Positions 40,385 through 51,143 are shown, counted from the stretch's first letter. The stretch is DNA of 64,000 nt from Rhodospirillaceae bacterium (GCA_018660265.1 JABJKS010000057.1:66506-130505), one strand, 5' to 3'. The notes: generated from the letters alone by a model not told the origin. A program made the numbers and translations.

Positions 40385-41383
40385 CTAAATCAACCCCGCA
40401 AGCGGCGATGAGGGATCGGCATACATCTTCTTGGGCATGCGGCCTGCGAGATAGGCGTCCCGGCCTGCTTTGACGGCGTGGTTCATGGCGCGGGCCATGC
40501 GGATGGGGTCTTTGGCCTCGGCAATGGCTGTGTTCATGAGGACGGCGGCACAGCCCAGTTCCATGGCCACGGCTGCATCAGATGCGGTGCCGACGCCTGC
40601 ATCAACAATGACCGGCACATTGGCGTTTTCGATGATGACGCGGATGTTGACCGGGTTTTGGATGCCCAGGCCCGAACCAATGGGCGCACCCAGGGGCATG
40701 ATGGCGCAACAGCCGATCTCTTCCAGCACCTTGGCCTGGATCGGATCATCGGCGCAATAGACCATGACCTGAAAGCCCTCCTTGACCAACAGCTCCGCCG
40801 CGCGGGTGGTTTCGGGCATGTTCGGATACAGGGTTTTTTTATCGCCCAGGACCTCCAACTTGACCAGATCCCAGCCGCCGGCTTCCCGCGCCAGGCGAAG
40901 CGTCCGCACGGCGTCTTCGCCGGTGAAACAACCGGCGGTATTGGGCAGATAGATGTATTTATTGGGATCAATATGATCGACCAGCATTTCCTGACCTGGG
41001 TCCGTGACGTTGACCCGGCGGACGGCAACGGTGACCATTTCGGCCCCCGCGGCCTCTACCGCACGACGGTTTTCGTCGTAATCTTTGTATTTGCCGGTAC
41101 CGACGATTAGGCGCGAGGTCATCTTGCGTCCGGCCACGGACCAGCTGTCATCGGAAGAAACGCCGTCCGAATCGTTCTGGGCATCCCCCCCGCCGATGAA
41201 ATGCACGATTTCCAGGCGGTCCCCGTCCCCCACCATGGTCTGGTCATAGGCGGAGCGCGGCACGATCTCCAGATTATGTTCCAGGGCGATTTTACGGGCA
41301 TCCAACCCAAGGTCCGCCAACAGCGCGGTAACTGTCACGGATGAGGGTAATTCGCGGTTTTCGCCATTGATAACAACGCGCAT
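40385..41383 (-). CDS. thiG: Bifunctional sulfur-carrier protein ThiS / thiazole synthase ThiG (single fused reading frame)
   Basis: N-terminal ThiS ([12 protein letters not shown]...IVHFIGGG) continues without a stop into ThiG ([13 protein letters not shown]...). An AAGGA RBS precedes MRVV. Confidence 0.8.
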   Translation of the reverse strand: MRVVINGENRELPSSVTVTALLADLGLDARKIALEHNLEIVPRSAYDQTMVGDGDRLEIVHFIGGGDAQNDSDGVSSDDSWSVAGRKMTSRLIVGTGKYKDYDENRRAVEAAGAEMVTVAVRRVNVTDPGQEMLVDHIDPNKYIYLPNTAGCFTGEDAVRTLRLAREAGGWDLVKLEVLGDKKTLYPNMPETTRAAELLVKEGFQVMVYCADDPIQAKVLEEIGCCAIMPLGAPIGSGLGIQNPVNIRVIIENANVPVIVDAGVGTASDAAVAMELGCAAVLMNTAIAEAKDPIRMARAMNHAVKAGRDAYLAGRMPKKMYADPSSPLAGLI

Positions 41384-41556
41384 CGTCTCACGTTCCTTAA
41401 TAAATATTCGAGCCGTAAATGTCTTTGTAGAGAGGTCGGCGACTGCATTCAAACAGTCTGGATAAATATACTATTCAATGTCCGGCGTCACTGGCTTCCC
41501 TATCCGTTACCGTGGCAGTATATAGGCGGTAATATCCTTGTCATCGGTGAAATCCC

Positions 41557-42006
41557 ATGCCCAAAGCTATGCCGGCAAATATCCTGGTTCTGAACGGCCC
41601 CAACCTGAACATGTTGGGTCTGCGGGAGCCCGCCGTCTATGGCCACGAAACCCTTGCTGATGTTAATGCGGCCATTCAGGCGCGGGCGGATGAATTGGGT
41701 GCAGAGGTGGAATGCCGGCAAAGTAATCACGAGGGGGAGCTGGTCACCTGGATCCAGCAGGCCCGTGGTGAAAAAACTGCAATCATCATCAACGCCGGGG
41801 CTTATTCCCACACCTCCATCGCCATACCGGATGCACTGCGGGCAGCCGAAGTGCCGGTCTATGAAGTGCACCTGTCAAACATCTATCAACGGGAAAGCTT
41901 TCGCCATCATTCCTATATATCAGACCTGGCCACCGGCGTGATCTGCGGCCTGGGACTGGACGGCTACCTTTACGCCCTGAATTCAGCGGCGAAATTAAGC
42001 GACTAG
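41557..42006 (+). CDS. aroQ: Type II 3-dehydroquinate dehydratase
   Basis: ILVLNGPNLNMLGLREPAVYG N-terminal signature. Confidence 0.85.
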   Translation: MPKAMPANILVLNGPNLNMLGLREPAVYGHETLADVNAAIQARADELGAEVECRQSNHEGELVTWIQQARGEKTAIIINAGAYSHTSIAIPDALRAAEVPVYEVHLSNIYQRESFRHHSYISDLATGVICGLGLDGYLYALNSAAKLSD

Positions 42007-42028
42007 ATTTCAAGAGAGGCAAATCAGC

Positions 42029-42484
42029 ATGGCGAAACACGAGGTCGATAAGGACCTGATCCGGACATTGGCGGCCCTGATGGACGAGACGGGGTTGAGC
42101 GAGATCGAGATCGAAAATGACGATGATCGCCTGCGTCTGGTGCGCGCTACCGCCGCCGCAGCCCCTGTGGCGGTTGCGCCCATTGCGCCGATTGCCATGG
42201 CAGCAGCAGCGGCACCTGCGCCAGCGGGTGATGCGGATCTATCGAAGCATCCCGGTGCCTTGTTATCGCCCATTGTCGGCACCGCCTATCACGCCGCCAG
42301 CCCCGATGCGGCACCGTTTGTCGCCATCGGTGATCGGGTCAGCGCAGGGCAAACAGTGTTGGTGATCGAGGCTATGAAAACGTTCAACGAAATCCCATCG
42401 CCCAGTTCCGGCGTGGTCAGTCAAATTCTGTTTGATAACGCCACCCCCGTCGAATACGGCGATGTTCTGATGATTATTGAATAA
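42029..42484 (+). CDS. accB: Acetyl-CoA carboxylase biotin carboxyl carrier protein
   Basis: C-terminal biotinyl domain (VLVIEAMKTFNEIPS), with an Ala/Pro-rich linker. Confidence 0.85.
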   Translation: MAKHEVDKDLIRTLAALMDETGLSEIEIENDDDRLRLVRATAAAAPVAVAPIAPIAMAAAAAPAPAGDADLSKHPGALLSPIVGTAYHAASPDAAPFVAIGDRVSAGQTVLVIEAMKTFNEIPSPSSGVVSQILFDNATPVEYGDVLMIIE

Positions 42485-43835
42485 CCCCGCGATGTTCGAA
42501 AAGGTACTCATCGCCAATCGGGGGGAAATCGCCCTTCGTCTGCACCGGGCCTGTCGCGAGATGGGGATCAAGACCGTCGCCGTCCATTCCACCGCCGACA
42601 GCGACGCCATGCATGTCCGCCTGGCCGATGAAAGCGTCTGTATCGGGCCGCCGCCCGCCATGGACAGCTATTTGAATATGCCGGCCATCCTGGCAGCGGC
42701 CGAAATTACAGGTGCTGAGGGTATTCATCCCGGCTATGGCTTCCTGTCGGAAAATGCTGATTTCGCCCATATCGTCACCGAACACGGCTATACCTTTATT
42801 GGCCCCACGGAACAGCACATCCGCACCATGGGCGATAAAATCGAAGCCAAAAAGATGGTGCGGGATTTGGGCATTCCCGTAGTACCGGGCAGTGATGGAG
42901 AGGTCACGGACCCGGAGGAGGCTGTGGCCCTGGCAGAGGACATAGGCTATCCGCTGTTGATCAAGGCGGCCTCAGGCGGCGGCGGGCGGGGCATGAAACT
43001 GGTGCGCCAGGCCAGCGAGTTTGCCGACGCTCTGGCCGCTGCGCGCCGGGAAAGCAAGGCCGCCTTTAACGACGATGCGGTCTATATCGAACGCTACCTG
43101 GAACAGCCCCGCCATATCGAAATTCAAGTCATTGGCGATGGCACCGGCAAGGTGGTGCATCTGGGGGAGCGGGATTGTTCCCTGCAACGCAATAACCAAA
43201 AGGTCCTCGAAGAAGCGCCCTCGCCGGCCCTGAACGATGCGGTCCGCCAGAAGATCGGGCAAACCGTGGTCGATGCTTTGTCGCAGATCAAATATACCTC
43301 GTTGGGTACGGTGGAGTTTCTGTACGAGGATGGGGAGTTCTATTTCATCGAAATGAACACCCGCCTGCAGGTGGAGCATCCGGTGACGGAGGCGATTACA
43401 GGCATCGATCTGGTGCGCGAACAAATCCGTATCGCCGCCGGTGCGCCGCTGTCATTTTCCCAGGAAGACATCAGCTTTCACGGCCATGCCATTGAATGCC
43501 GGATCAACGCGGAACACCCCACCACCTTTGTGCCCTCACCGGGCCAGGTCGGAGATTTCCATGCCCCGGGCGGGTTAGGTGTGCGGGTGGATTCGGGCCT
43601 TTACGCCGGTTATCGCATCCCCCCCAACTATGACAGCCTGATCGCCAAGCTTGTGGTACATGGTACAACCCGCAACGATTGCCTGATGCGCCTGAGCCGC
43701 GCCCTGGAAGAATTTGTCATCGGCGGCATCGATGTGAATATTCCCCTGCATGCGGATGTGATCCAACAACAAAGCTTTATTGATGGGGATTATCATATCC
43801 ACTGGCTGGAAGAATTTCTGGGCCATCATAAATAG
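42477..43835 (+). CDS. accC: Acetyl-CoA carboxylase biotin carboxylase subunit
   Basis: ATP-grasp biotin carboxylase motifs. 8-bp overlap with accB. Confidence 0.9.
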   Translation: MNNPAMFEKVLIANRGEIALRLHRACREMGIKTVAVHSTADSDAMHVRLADESVCIGPPPAMDSYLNMPAILAAAEITGAEGIHPGYGFLSENADFAHIVTEHGYTFIGPTEQHIRTMGDKIEAKKMVRDLGIPVVPGSDGEVTDPEEAVALAEDIGYPLLIKAASGGGGRGMKLVRQASEFADALAAARRESKAAFNDDAVYIERYLEQPRHIEIQVIGDGTGKVVHLGERDCSLQRNNQKVLEEAPSPALNDAVRQKIGQTVVDALSQIKYTSLGTVEFLYEDGEFYFIEMNTRLQVEHPVTEAITGIDLVREQIRIAAGAPLSFSQEDISFHGHAIECRINAEHPTTFVPSPGQVGDFHAPGGLGVRVDSGLYAGYRIPPNYDSLIAKLVVHGTTRNDCLMRLSRALEEFVIGGIDVNIPLHADVIQQQSFIDGDYHIHWLEEFLGHHK

Positions 43836-43861
43836 ACGACAATCGGGAAGGACACCGCACC

Positions 43862-44698
43862 ATGAACATTGTCAGCGATGGCTATACGGACGCGACGTTC
43901 AGCATTGACGACAATGGCGTCGCCCTGTTCACCATGAACCGCCCCGATATCCTAAATGCCCTGACAGACGAGATGAAAGCGGATTTCGTGCGCATGCTCG
44001 ACACCGTACAGGGCAATGAAGACGTAAAAGTCCTGATCGTCGCCGCCAACGGGCGCGCTTTTAGTGCGGGCGGCAACGTCAAGGCCATGGGGGAGCCAAC
44101 CCGGTCTGTTCCTGTCAATACCCGGACCCGGCTGCTGAAACTGCATGACTGGTTTGAGCGTTTGCATAATCTGGACTGCCCGGTGATCGCGGCGGTGGAC
44201 GGCATGGCCTTTGGCGGCGGTTTCGCCGTCGCCCTGCAGGCGGATTTCATCCTGGCCAGCGATCGGGCGAAATTTTGCGCCGTCTTTGGCCGTATCGGGT
44301 TGGTGCCGGATATGGCCGTGTTCTATACCCTGCCCCGCGCGGTGGGTATGCAGAACGCCAAGGAATTAATGTACACCGCCCGCTCCATCACGGCACAGGA
44401 GGCTGATGCCATGGGCTTGTTGTTCTCCATCCACCAGGCCGACGATTTAATGCCCGCAGCCCATGCCATGGCCGCCCGCCTGGCAAAAGGCTCCAAACAC
44501 GCCATGGGGGTGACCAAGAAAATCGTCAACCGCAGCTTCCAATCAGATTATGCGACCATGGCGGAGATGGAGGCGGACGCCCAGGCCATCGTTGTCGCCA
44601 CCGACTTTCACCAAGAGGCCGTGCGCCGGTTCCAGAATAAAGAAACCCCCATGTACAACTGGGACGCCATGGAAAAGGCGGATGGAGTTAAAGAATAG
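43862..44698 (+). CDS. Enoyl-CoA hydratase/isomerase family protein
   Basis: Crotonase motifs (VLIVAANGRAFSAGGN, AAVDGMAFGGGFAVALQAD). Confidence 0.8.
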   Translation: MNIVSDGYTDATFSIDDNGVALFTMNRPDILNALTDEMKADFVRMLDTVQGNEDVKVLIVAANGRAFSAGGNVKAMGEPTRSVPVNTRTRLLKLHDWFERLHNLDCPVIAAVDGMAFGGGFAVALQADFILASDRAKFCAVFGRIGLVPDMAVFYTLPRAVGMQNAKELMYTARSITAQEADAMGLLFSIHQADDLMPAAHAMAARLAKGSKHAMGVTKKIVNRSFQSDYATMAEMEADAQAIVVATDFHQEAVRRFQNKETPMYNWDAMEKADGVKE

Positions 44699-44704
44699 CG
44701 GCAA

Positions 44705-44870
44705 CATGGATTGCCGGGTCAAGCCCGGCAATGACGAAAGAATGGCTAAAATTAGCCAAATAGATAGCACAGTCGTCATGCCCGGACTTGATCCGGGCAT
44801 CCACGGCGATGCCTTTGAGGCTCTCCGCGCCGTGGCCCCAAGAAACGAAAAGCCCTATTTAGATATCAGA
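44705..44870. repeat. Alphaproteobacterial REP-like composite element with three or four consecutive hairpins
   Basis: Perfect stem-loops TTGCCGGG-tcaa-CCCGGCAA (44711-44731), ATGCCCGGA-cttga-TCCGGGCAT (44778-44800) and CCACGGCG...CGCCGTGG (44801-44835), then CTATTTA...TAAATAG. The spurious ORF encodes MPGLDPGIHG. Confidence 0.6.
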
Positions 44871-44908
44871 TTAAATAGTACTCTTAATTCATTGATTTTA
44901 CTTAGTTA

Positions 44909-45580
44909 ATGAAGATAACCCCCGACATAATTCTCAAAGCTTACGCGGCCGGGATTTTTCCTATGTCAGAGGGCCGGGATGACGATGAGATGTTTTGGGT
45001 TGATCCCGAATATCGCGGCATCCTGCCCCTCGATAGCTTCCATCTCTCCCGCCGACTACGGCGTACTGTGCGCCAGGAACCATTTTCCATACGCATCGAT
45101 AGTGCCTTCGAACAGGTCATGACTGCCTGTGCGGCCCCTACATCGGGCCGCTGGACGACCTGGATTAATCATGAGATCCAGGCGTTATTTGTCGCGCTCC
45201 ACCAACAGGGCTTCGCCCATTGTGTCGAAGCATGGATAGAAGACGAACTCGTTGGCGGCCTTTACGGTATCGCCCTGGGTGGTGCATTTTTTGGCGAGAG
45301 TATGTTCAGCCGCCGCACCGATGCCTCAAAAGTGGTTTTGGTCCATCTGGTGGCCCGCCTGCGCCTGGGTGGGTTCACTTTGTTGGATACTCAGTTCATC
45401 ACGGATCATTTACGCCAATTCGGTGCCATCGAGATCAGTCGGGATGAGTATCACTCCCGCCTGTCGCTGGCGCTGTCGGGGGAATTGTCGGGGGAATTGT
45501 CCGGATTGGCCGATTTCAAGCTTTCAGGCAAATCACTGTCCACGTCATCTGTGCTGCAATCGATGACCCAAACGTCGTAG
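44909..45580 (+). CDS. aat: Leucyl/phenylalanyl-tRNA--protein transferase
   Basis: Conserved Aat core (GIFPMSE...WxxP..R; [19 protein letters not shown]). The conserved region probably ends near 45480 and the remaining tail is low-complexity. Confidence 0.8.
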   Translation: MKITPDIILKAYAAGIFPMSEGRDDDEMFWVDPEYRGILPLDSFHLSRRLRRTVRQEPFSIRIDSAFEQVMTACAAPTSGRWTTWINHEIQALFVALHQQGFAHCVEAWIEDELVGGLYGIALGGAFFGESMFSRRTDASKVVLVHLVARLRLGGFTLLDTQFITDHLRQFGAIEISRDEYHSRLSLALSGELSGELSGLADFKLSGKSLSTSSVLQSMTQTS

Positions 45581-45927
45581 ACCGGATGCTCCAGCGCCGA
45601 CAAGGCAGGCGACGATGCGAACATCCAGCCGGAAAACAACGCCAACCGACCGTCTTCGCCGTGCCGCTCCTCATCAATTTCAAGGAACACGGCAACCTCC
45701 GGCGTTTCCTCCGGCGGGCGTTTGCGGCAGGTCTGGACAGTGATGCGCAAAGTGCCGAAGGAGACTTCCTCTGCCAGCGGCACCATGAACGTCGTAACCC
45801 GGGCCGTGATTTTGTCCAACCCACGCAGCAGGGCACCGGTGACGTTGGGCCCATCGATGTTTTGCGCCAGGGCGGGTCGTGTTAAGGCCAGCAAAACCCC
45901 CAGCAATACGACGGCTGCCGTCTTCAT
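45451..45927 (-). CDS. DUF2155-domain periplasmic protein
   Basis: Signal peptide [21 protein letters not shown]. Convergently overlaps the aat ORF by about 130 bp, and the true C-terminus is probably shorter. Confidence 0.65.
   Translation of the reverse strand: MKTAAVVLLGVLLALTRPALAQNIDGPNVTGALLRGLDKITARVTTFMVPLAEEVSFGTLRITVQTCRKRPPEETPEVAVFLEIDEERHGEDGRLALFSGWMFASSPALSALEHPVYDVWVIDCSTDDVDSDLPESLKSANPDNSPDNSPDSASDRRE
45475..45507. repeat. 12-bp tandem repeat (GTCGGGGGAATT, about 2.7 copies)
   Basis: Read directly from the sequence. It encodes [11 protein letters not shown] on the + strand and [10 protein letters not shown] on the - strand. Confidence 0.7.
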
Positions 45928-45975
45928 GGATTTCTGCTTATTCCGATTGATTGATGCGCATTGGTGCTGGCATCA

Positions 45976-46437
45976 CTATTTTTTGCCACCACCTGAACCG
46001 GTGCTGTAGATGGCTTTGCCTATCAACTCTGTCAGATCGACGGCACCTTGGGTAAAGCGGATCTCGTCATCGGCTTCAAGGTAGTCTTCTGAACCACCGG
46101 GATCGATGGAGAGATATTTGCCCCCCAAAAGACCGTCGGACGCAATCTTAATCGCCGAATCATCGGGCAGTTTCACCTTCTGAGACATCGAAATCTTTAG
46201 CACCGCCAGATATTCTTCCGCATCCAGATCCTGGTCCGTGACGGTTCCAACCTTGATGCCCGCCAGCATGACGTCGCTGCCGACTTTTACGCCATCAACT
46301 TTGTCGAACTTCGCAGTCAGGGAATAGCCTTCAACCGCGCCCACATCCGCCTTGTCGTAGGAAAAATAAAGGAAAAAGCCGGCCACGACCAAAACCACCG
46401 CACCAATTAAGGTCTCTACGAGATTGCCGCTCATCAC
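45976..46437 (-). CDS. MlaD/MCE-domain protein (single MCE domain, N-terminal TM anchor)
   Basis: N-terminal TM helix followed by an MCE domain (...VMLAGIKVGTVTD...). Confidence 0.75.
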   Translation of the reverse strand: MMSGNLVETLIGAVVLVVAGFFLYFSYDKADVGAVEGYSLTAKFDKVDGVKVGSDVMLAGIKVGTVTDQDLDAEEYLAVLKISMSQKVKLPDDSAIKIASDGLLGGKYLSIDPGGSEDYLEADDEIRFTQGAVDLTELIGKAIYSTGSGGGKK

Positions 46438-46541
46438 TAGTCTCCCCTGGTAAAGTCAGTGTCTATCGCAGTCCTGAGAATGGCTCGGATCGATGGACAT
46501 CAATTATGGCCCCTTATATTAGATCGGGCGCAGCAATCGAT

Positions 46542-46898
46542 CTATTCCGGCGTCCAGGCCTGATAATCGCCGCCGCTTTTCTGCCGATTCTTATCGGACA
46601 GCACGCTGCCGCCGGGACGATACGCCGCTGAAGTTCCGGTCAGGTTCGTTATATGCGGCTTTTCCCAGGCGATTTCCTCACGCGGGCCTGTCGGTGCCTC
46701 ATCCACCGTGTGGTGCAACCAGGCGTGCCATTCCGCCGGCACCTTTGAAGCCTCGGGCGCACCCTCGTAGATCACCCAGCGGCGTTTCCCACCCGATTTC
46801 TCCTTAAAATAGCGATTGCCAAAGCTGTCCGTGCCAACTTCCTGGCCTTTCCACCATGTCATCAATCGGGTTCCAACAGTCGCGCCCATTATTCTCAC
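46542..46898 (-). CDS. NADH:ubiquinone oxidoreductase 17.2-kDa subunit (NDUFA12-like)
   Basis: TWWKGQEVGTDSFGNRYFE...W..W motif characteristic of the NDUFA12 family. Confidence 0.75.
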   Translation of the reverse strand: MRIMGATVGTRLMTWWKGQEVGTDSFGNRYFKEKSGGKRRWVIYEGAPEASKVPAEWHAWLHHTVDEAPTGPREEIAWEKPHITNLTGTSAAYRPGGSVLSDKNRQKSGGDYQAWTPE

Positions 46899-47261
46899 CT
46901 AAAATACGATCTTATCTGCATTCTGATTTGGGCCGGACTATTGCACCGACCGGCCCTTGGGTCCAGCACCAAACATTTGCAGGGCGATTCTGCTGATCTT
47001 GAGAGGCATTGTCCCAAGACTTATCCACAAGATCCCACATATAGCGGCTATTTCGTTCACATCCACTAAAATTAGTTGCTGCCCCTGCGGCACTCTGTCT
47101 ATCATTGCACCGAGTCGGGGACTTAACAGCGCCTATTTACAGCTAATTCATTCAATGAATCGCTCCTGATCGAGGTAGATTGCGGTTGGCTGCGCCCAAT
47201 AAGTTTAATCGGGGCAAAAAAGTTATCCACAGGACATTTCGGCCCTTGACCTCCCCCTCAC

Positions 47262-47306
47262 CACAACATATTGTCACCGTCCCGTTGGCGCACACAATAT
47301 GTTGTA
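47262..47306. promoter_or_regulatory. Two NrdR boxes, ACAACATATTGT (47263-47274) and ACAATATGTTGT (47294-47305), with 31-bp centre-to-centre spacing upstream of nrdJ
   Basis: Read directly from the sequence. The two boxes are exact reverse complements of each other and match the NrdR-box consensus (acaCwAtATaTwGtgt core). They lie about 80-120 bp upstream of the nrdJ ATG. Confidence 0.6.
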
Positions 47307-47384
47307 GATTTTGTTAACCAACGTCGACGGCGACAAATAACGAAAAATTACGATTTAGCGAAAGTACGAGGGGCAAGAGGGCAA

Positions 47385-50300
47385 ATGAAAATATCACGGC
47401 GCTTTACGGAACAGGGTCAATCACCATACGCAAACATCGAATTCCGCATGGCGAGCAGTGAGATCAGAAATCCTGACGGTTCTATTGTTTTCAAGCTGGA
47501 CGATATTGAAGTTCCCACCAGTTGGTCCCAGGTTGCCTGCGATATTCTGGCACAAAAATACTTCCGCAAGGCCGGCATTCCCGCCGCCCGCAGGCGGGTG
47601 CCCGAAGACGACGTGCCGATCTGGCTGTGGCGTGAGGAAGCGGATGAAGCCGCCCTCGCCTCCCTGCCTATCGACGAACGCGATACCCACGAATCCTCGG
47701 CCCGCCAGGTTTTTGATCGACTGGCCCGGACCTGGACCTATTGGGGCTGGAAGGGCGGCTATTTTGATGCCGAAGAAGACGCGATCACCTTTTGTGATGA
47801 ATTGAGCTTCATGCTGGCCCAGCAGATGGCGGCGCCGAACTCACCACAATGGTTCAACACCGGTATGCATTGGGCCTATGGCATCGATGGCCCCAGCCAA
47901 GGTCATTTTTTCGTCGATCACAAGAATGGCGAACTACAGGCCTCCTCCTCCGCCTATGAACGGCCCCAGCCCCATGCCTGCTTCATCCAATCCTGCGCTG
48001 ATGATCTGGTCAATGAAGGCGGCATTATGGATCTGTGGGTGCGGGAAGCACGCCTGTTCAAATACGGCTCTGGCACCGGCTCTAACTTCTCCCACATCCG
48101 TGGTGCGGATGAGCCGCTTTCGGGGGGTGGAAAATCCTCCGGCCTGATGAGCTTCCTGAAAATCGGCGACCGTGCCGCCGGTGCCATCAAATCCGGTGGC
48201 ACCACACGACGGGCTGCGAAAATGGTCGTGGTGGATGCAGATCACCCGGACATTGAAGACTACGTCAATTGGAAAGTGGTGGAAGAGCAGAAGGTCGCCG
48301 CACTGGTTGCAGGTTCCCGCATCACGGCGAAAAACCTGCAAGCGATCATGGCGGCCTGTCAGGAAGGCGCGGGCGAGAATGAGCCTGGCGTCGATGAACA
48401 GGGTGAAGCCCATGACGGACGCTTTGATCCCACCCGCAACCCAGCCCTGAAAACCGCCCTGCGCGGCGCACGGGCTGCGATGATCCCGGAAAACTATGTT
48501 CGTCGCACCATAGACTTTGCCCGCCAGGGCTATGTCGGCATGGACTTCCCGGTCTTTGATACGGATTGGGATTCGGATGCTTATTTGACCGTTTCGGGGC
48601 AGAATTCAAATAATTCCGTCCGTGTCACCAACGATTTTCTGAAGGCTGTTGAAGCGGATAGCGATTGGATCCTTTATCGGCGCAAGGACGGCGCGGTTTC
48701 AAAAACCATCAAGGCGCGGGACCTATGGGAAAATATTGGCCATGCGGCCTGGGCCAGTGCCGATCCGGGGCTGCAATACCATTCCACCATCAACGAGTGG
48801 CATACCTGCCCCGAGGGCGGTGAGATCAGGGCCTCAAACCCCTGCTCTGAATATATGTTCCTTGATGATACGGCCTGCAACCTGGCCTCCATCAATCTGA
48901 TGACCTTCCTGTCCGAGGACGGCAGTTTTGATGTCGGCGGTTTCAGGCATGCCACACAGCTGTGGACCATGGTGCTGGAAATCTCGGTCATGATGGCACA
49001 GTTCCCGTCCAAAGAGATTGCCCAACTATCCTATGATTATCGCACCCTGGGTCTGGGCTTTGCCAATATCGGTGGCTTGTTGATGGCTCGTGGCATGTCC
49101 TATGACAGTGAAGAGGGCCGCTCCCTTTGTGCTGCCATCACGGCCCTGATGACAGGCACCGCATATGCGACATCCGCCCTTATGGCCAAGGAAATGGGCA
49201 CCTTCGCCCGCTATGAGGACAATGCCGACCATATGCTGCGGGTGATCGCAAACCATCGCCACGCCGCCATGGGGGCCCGCGAAGGCTATAACGGGTTGGA
49301 GATTAATCCAGTGCCGTTTAAGGCTGTCGATTGCCCCGATGCAGCCCTGGCCCGAGCCGCCGCCGCCGCCTGGGACGAAGCCCTCGAACTGGGTGAAATG
49401 CACGGTTTCCGGAACGCCCAAGCCACGGTCATTGCCCCCACGGGCACCATTGGCCTGGTCATGGATTGCGACACGACCGGTATTGAGCCGGATTTCGCCC
49501 TGGTTAAATTCAAGAAGCTGGCGGGTGGCGGTTATTTCAAAATCATCAACCGTATGGTCCCCTCCGCCTTGCGCACCCTGGGTTATGAAGACGACCAGAT
49601 CGATGCCATCATCAATTATGCCCTCGGCCATGCCACTCTGGATGGGGCGAAATACGTGAACCACGAAAGTTTGATTGCAAAGGGCTTCACCGCAACACAG
49701 ATCGAAAAGATTGAAGCCGCGCTGGAGAGCGCATTCGATATCAAATTCGTCTTCAATAAATACACCCTGGGCGAGGAATTCTGCCGCGAGATCCTGGGCT
49801 TCAGCGACGATCAATTGAACGATCTGTCTTTCAATATGTTGGGTGAATTGGGCTTCAGCAATAGCGAGATTGAGGACACCAATATTTATTGCTGTGGTGC
49901 CATGACCCTCGAAGGCGCGCCCGACCTGAAGGACGAGCATCTGTCGGTATTCGATTGCGCCAACCCGTGCGGTCGGATCGGCAAACGCTATCTTTCCGTG
50001 GACAGCCATATCAAGATGATGGCGGCGGCCCAACCGTTCATATCGGGTGCGATCTCAAAAACCATCAATATGCCCAATTCCGCCTCGGTTGAGGATTGCA
50101 AGCGGGCCTATCGGGACTCCTGGCGTTTGGGTTTGAAAGCCAACGCATTGTATCGTGATGGCTCAAAACTATCGCAGCCGCTTTCATCCGCCCTGTTCGA
50201 TGACCTGGGCGATGATGTAGAGGCAGAAGACAGCCTGGCCGCAGCCCTAAGCGCACCTAAAATTCAGCCCCAGGTCGTGGCCGAACGGGTGGTGGAGCGG

Positions 50301-51143
50301 ATTATTGCCGAGCGGCGGAAGCTGCCCCAACGGCGCAAAGGCTACACCCAGAAAGCCGTTGTCGGCGGGCACAAGGTCTATCTTCGAACCGGTGAATACC
50401 AGGATGGCTCGTTAGGTGAAATCTTCATCGATATGCATAAAGAGGGCTCTGCCTTCCGCTCGTTGATGGATAGTTTCGCAATTGCCATCTCTCTCGGTCT
50501 GCAACATGGCGTGCCCCTGGATAATTATGTGGATGCGTTTACCTTTACCCGGTTTGAACCCAACGGCATTGTCGAAGGTAACGATGTCATCAAGATGTCC
50601 ACCTCGGTATTGGATTATCTGTTCCGTGAATTGGCCGTGTCCTACCTGGGCCGTAACGAACTGGCCCATGTTGATCCCGAAGACCTACGCCCCGATACCC
50701 TGGGCGCGGGACTATCACAGGAAGAAGCGGAAGCCGACAGCCAGGAAGAAAAACTGGTCGCAGCCCATAACAGCGTCGCCTCCCACGGCTTTGTCCGCGG
50801 ACGTCATCTGACGGTCCTGACGGGTGGCAACAATGGTGCCTCAATTGGCAGCACAAGCAACGGTGCCTCCAACGGCAGCAGCAATAGCGTGAACGGCGGC
50901 GCGAACAGTGGCGCAAACGGTGGTGGGGGCCTGGCCACCGCTACAGCAAGTGCTGCCGTCGCAGCGGTCACTGTTGATCCGGTTATCAGAGACGAAGTGG
51001 ATCAACGCCTGGATCAAATTCGTGAAGCCCGCATGAAGGGATATGAGGGCGATGCCTGTGGCGAATGCGGTAACTTTACCCTGCTGCGCAACGGCACCTG
51101 CATGAAATGCGATACCTGCGGCGGCACATCAGGCTGCAGCTAA
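47385..51143 (+). CDS. nrdJ: Class II (adenosylcobalamin-dependent) ribonucleoside-diphosphate reductase
   Basis: About 1252 aa. Active-site thiyl Cys region ([16 protein letters not shown]). C-terminal Cys-rich zinc ribbon ([27 protein letters not shown]). A GAGGG RBS precedes the ATG at 47385. Confidence 0.9.
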   Translation: MKISRRFTEQGQSPYANIEFRMASSEIRNPDGSIVFKLDDIEVPTSWSQVACDILAQKYFRKAGIPAARRRVPEDDVPIWLWREEADEAALASLPIDERDTHESSARQVFDRLARTWTYWGWKGGYFDAEEDAITFCDELSFMLAQQMAAPNSPQWFNTGMHWAYGIDGPSQGHFFVDHKNGELQASSSAYERPQPHACFIQSCADDLVNEGGIMDLWVREARLFKYGSGTGSNFSHIRGADEPLSGGGKSSGLMSFLKIGDRAAGAIKSGGTTRRAAKMVVVDADHPDIEDYVNWKVVEEQKVAALVAGSRITAKNLQAIMAACQEGAGENEPGVDEQGEAHDGRFDPTRNPALKTALRGARAAMIPENYVRRTIDFARQGYVGMDFPVFDTDWDSDAYLTVSGQNSNNSVRVTNDFLKAVEADSDWILYRRKDGAVSKTIKARDLWENIGHAAWASADPGLQYHSTINEWHTCPEGGEIRASNPCSEYMFLDDTACNLASINLMTFLSEDGSFDVGGFRHATQLWTMVLEISVMMAQFPSKEIAQLSYDYRTLGLGFANIGGLLMARGMSYDSEEGRSLCAAITALMTGTAYATSALMAKEMGTFARYEDNADHMLRVIANHRHAAMGAREGYNGLEINPVPFKAVDCPDAALARAAAAAWDEALELGEMHGFRNAQATVIAPTGTIGLVMDCDTTGIEPDFALVKFKKLAGGGYFKIINRMVPSALRTLGYEDDQIDAIINYALGHATLDGAKYVNHESLIAKGFTATQIEKIEAALESAFDIKFVFNKYTLGEEFCREILGFSDDQLNDLSFNMLGELGFSNSEIEDTNIYCCGAMTLEGAPDLKDEHLSVFDCANPCGRIGKRYLSVDSHIKMMAAAQPFISGAISKTINMPNSASVEDCKRAYRDSWRLGLKANALYRDGSKLSQPLSSALFDDLGDDVEAEDSLAAALSAPKIQPQVVAERVVERIIAERRKLPQRRKGYTQKAVVGGHKVYLRTGEYQDGSLGEIFIDMHKEGSAFRSLMDSFAIAISLGLQHGVPLDNYVDAFTFTRFEPNGIVEGNDVIKMSTSVLDYLFRELAVSYLGRNELAHVDPEDLRPDTLGAGLSQEEAEADSQEEKLVAAHNSVASHGFVRGRHLTVLTGGNNGASIGSTSNGASNGSSNSVNGGANSGANGGGGLATATASAAVAAVTVDPVIRDEVDQRLDQIREARMKGYEGDACGECGNFTLLRNGTCMKCDTCGGTSGCS

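Noticed and set aside
41384-41556. Canonical TPP riboswitch upstream of thiSG
   Set aside because: TPP-box-like fragments are present but are split across both strands and out of order. They are kept only as a low-confidence finding that needs cmsearch and are not reported as a feature.
46899-47261. Possible cobalamin riboswitch upstream of nrdJ
   Set aside because: nrdJ uses B12 as a cofactor and is not normally riboswitch-repressed. I could not identify a B12-box by eye. The NrdR boxes explain regulation of this leader.
49026-50033. 335-aa - strand ORF
   Set aside because: It lies inside and antisense to nrdJ, whose reading frame is supported by active-site and zinc-ribbon motifs.
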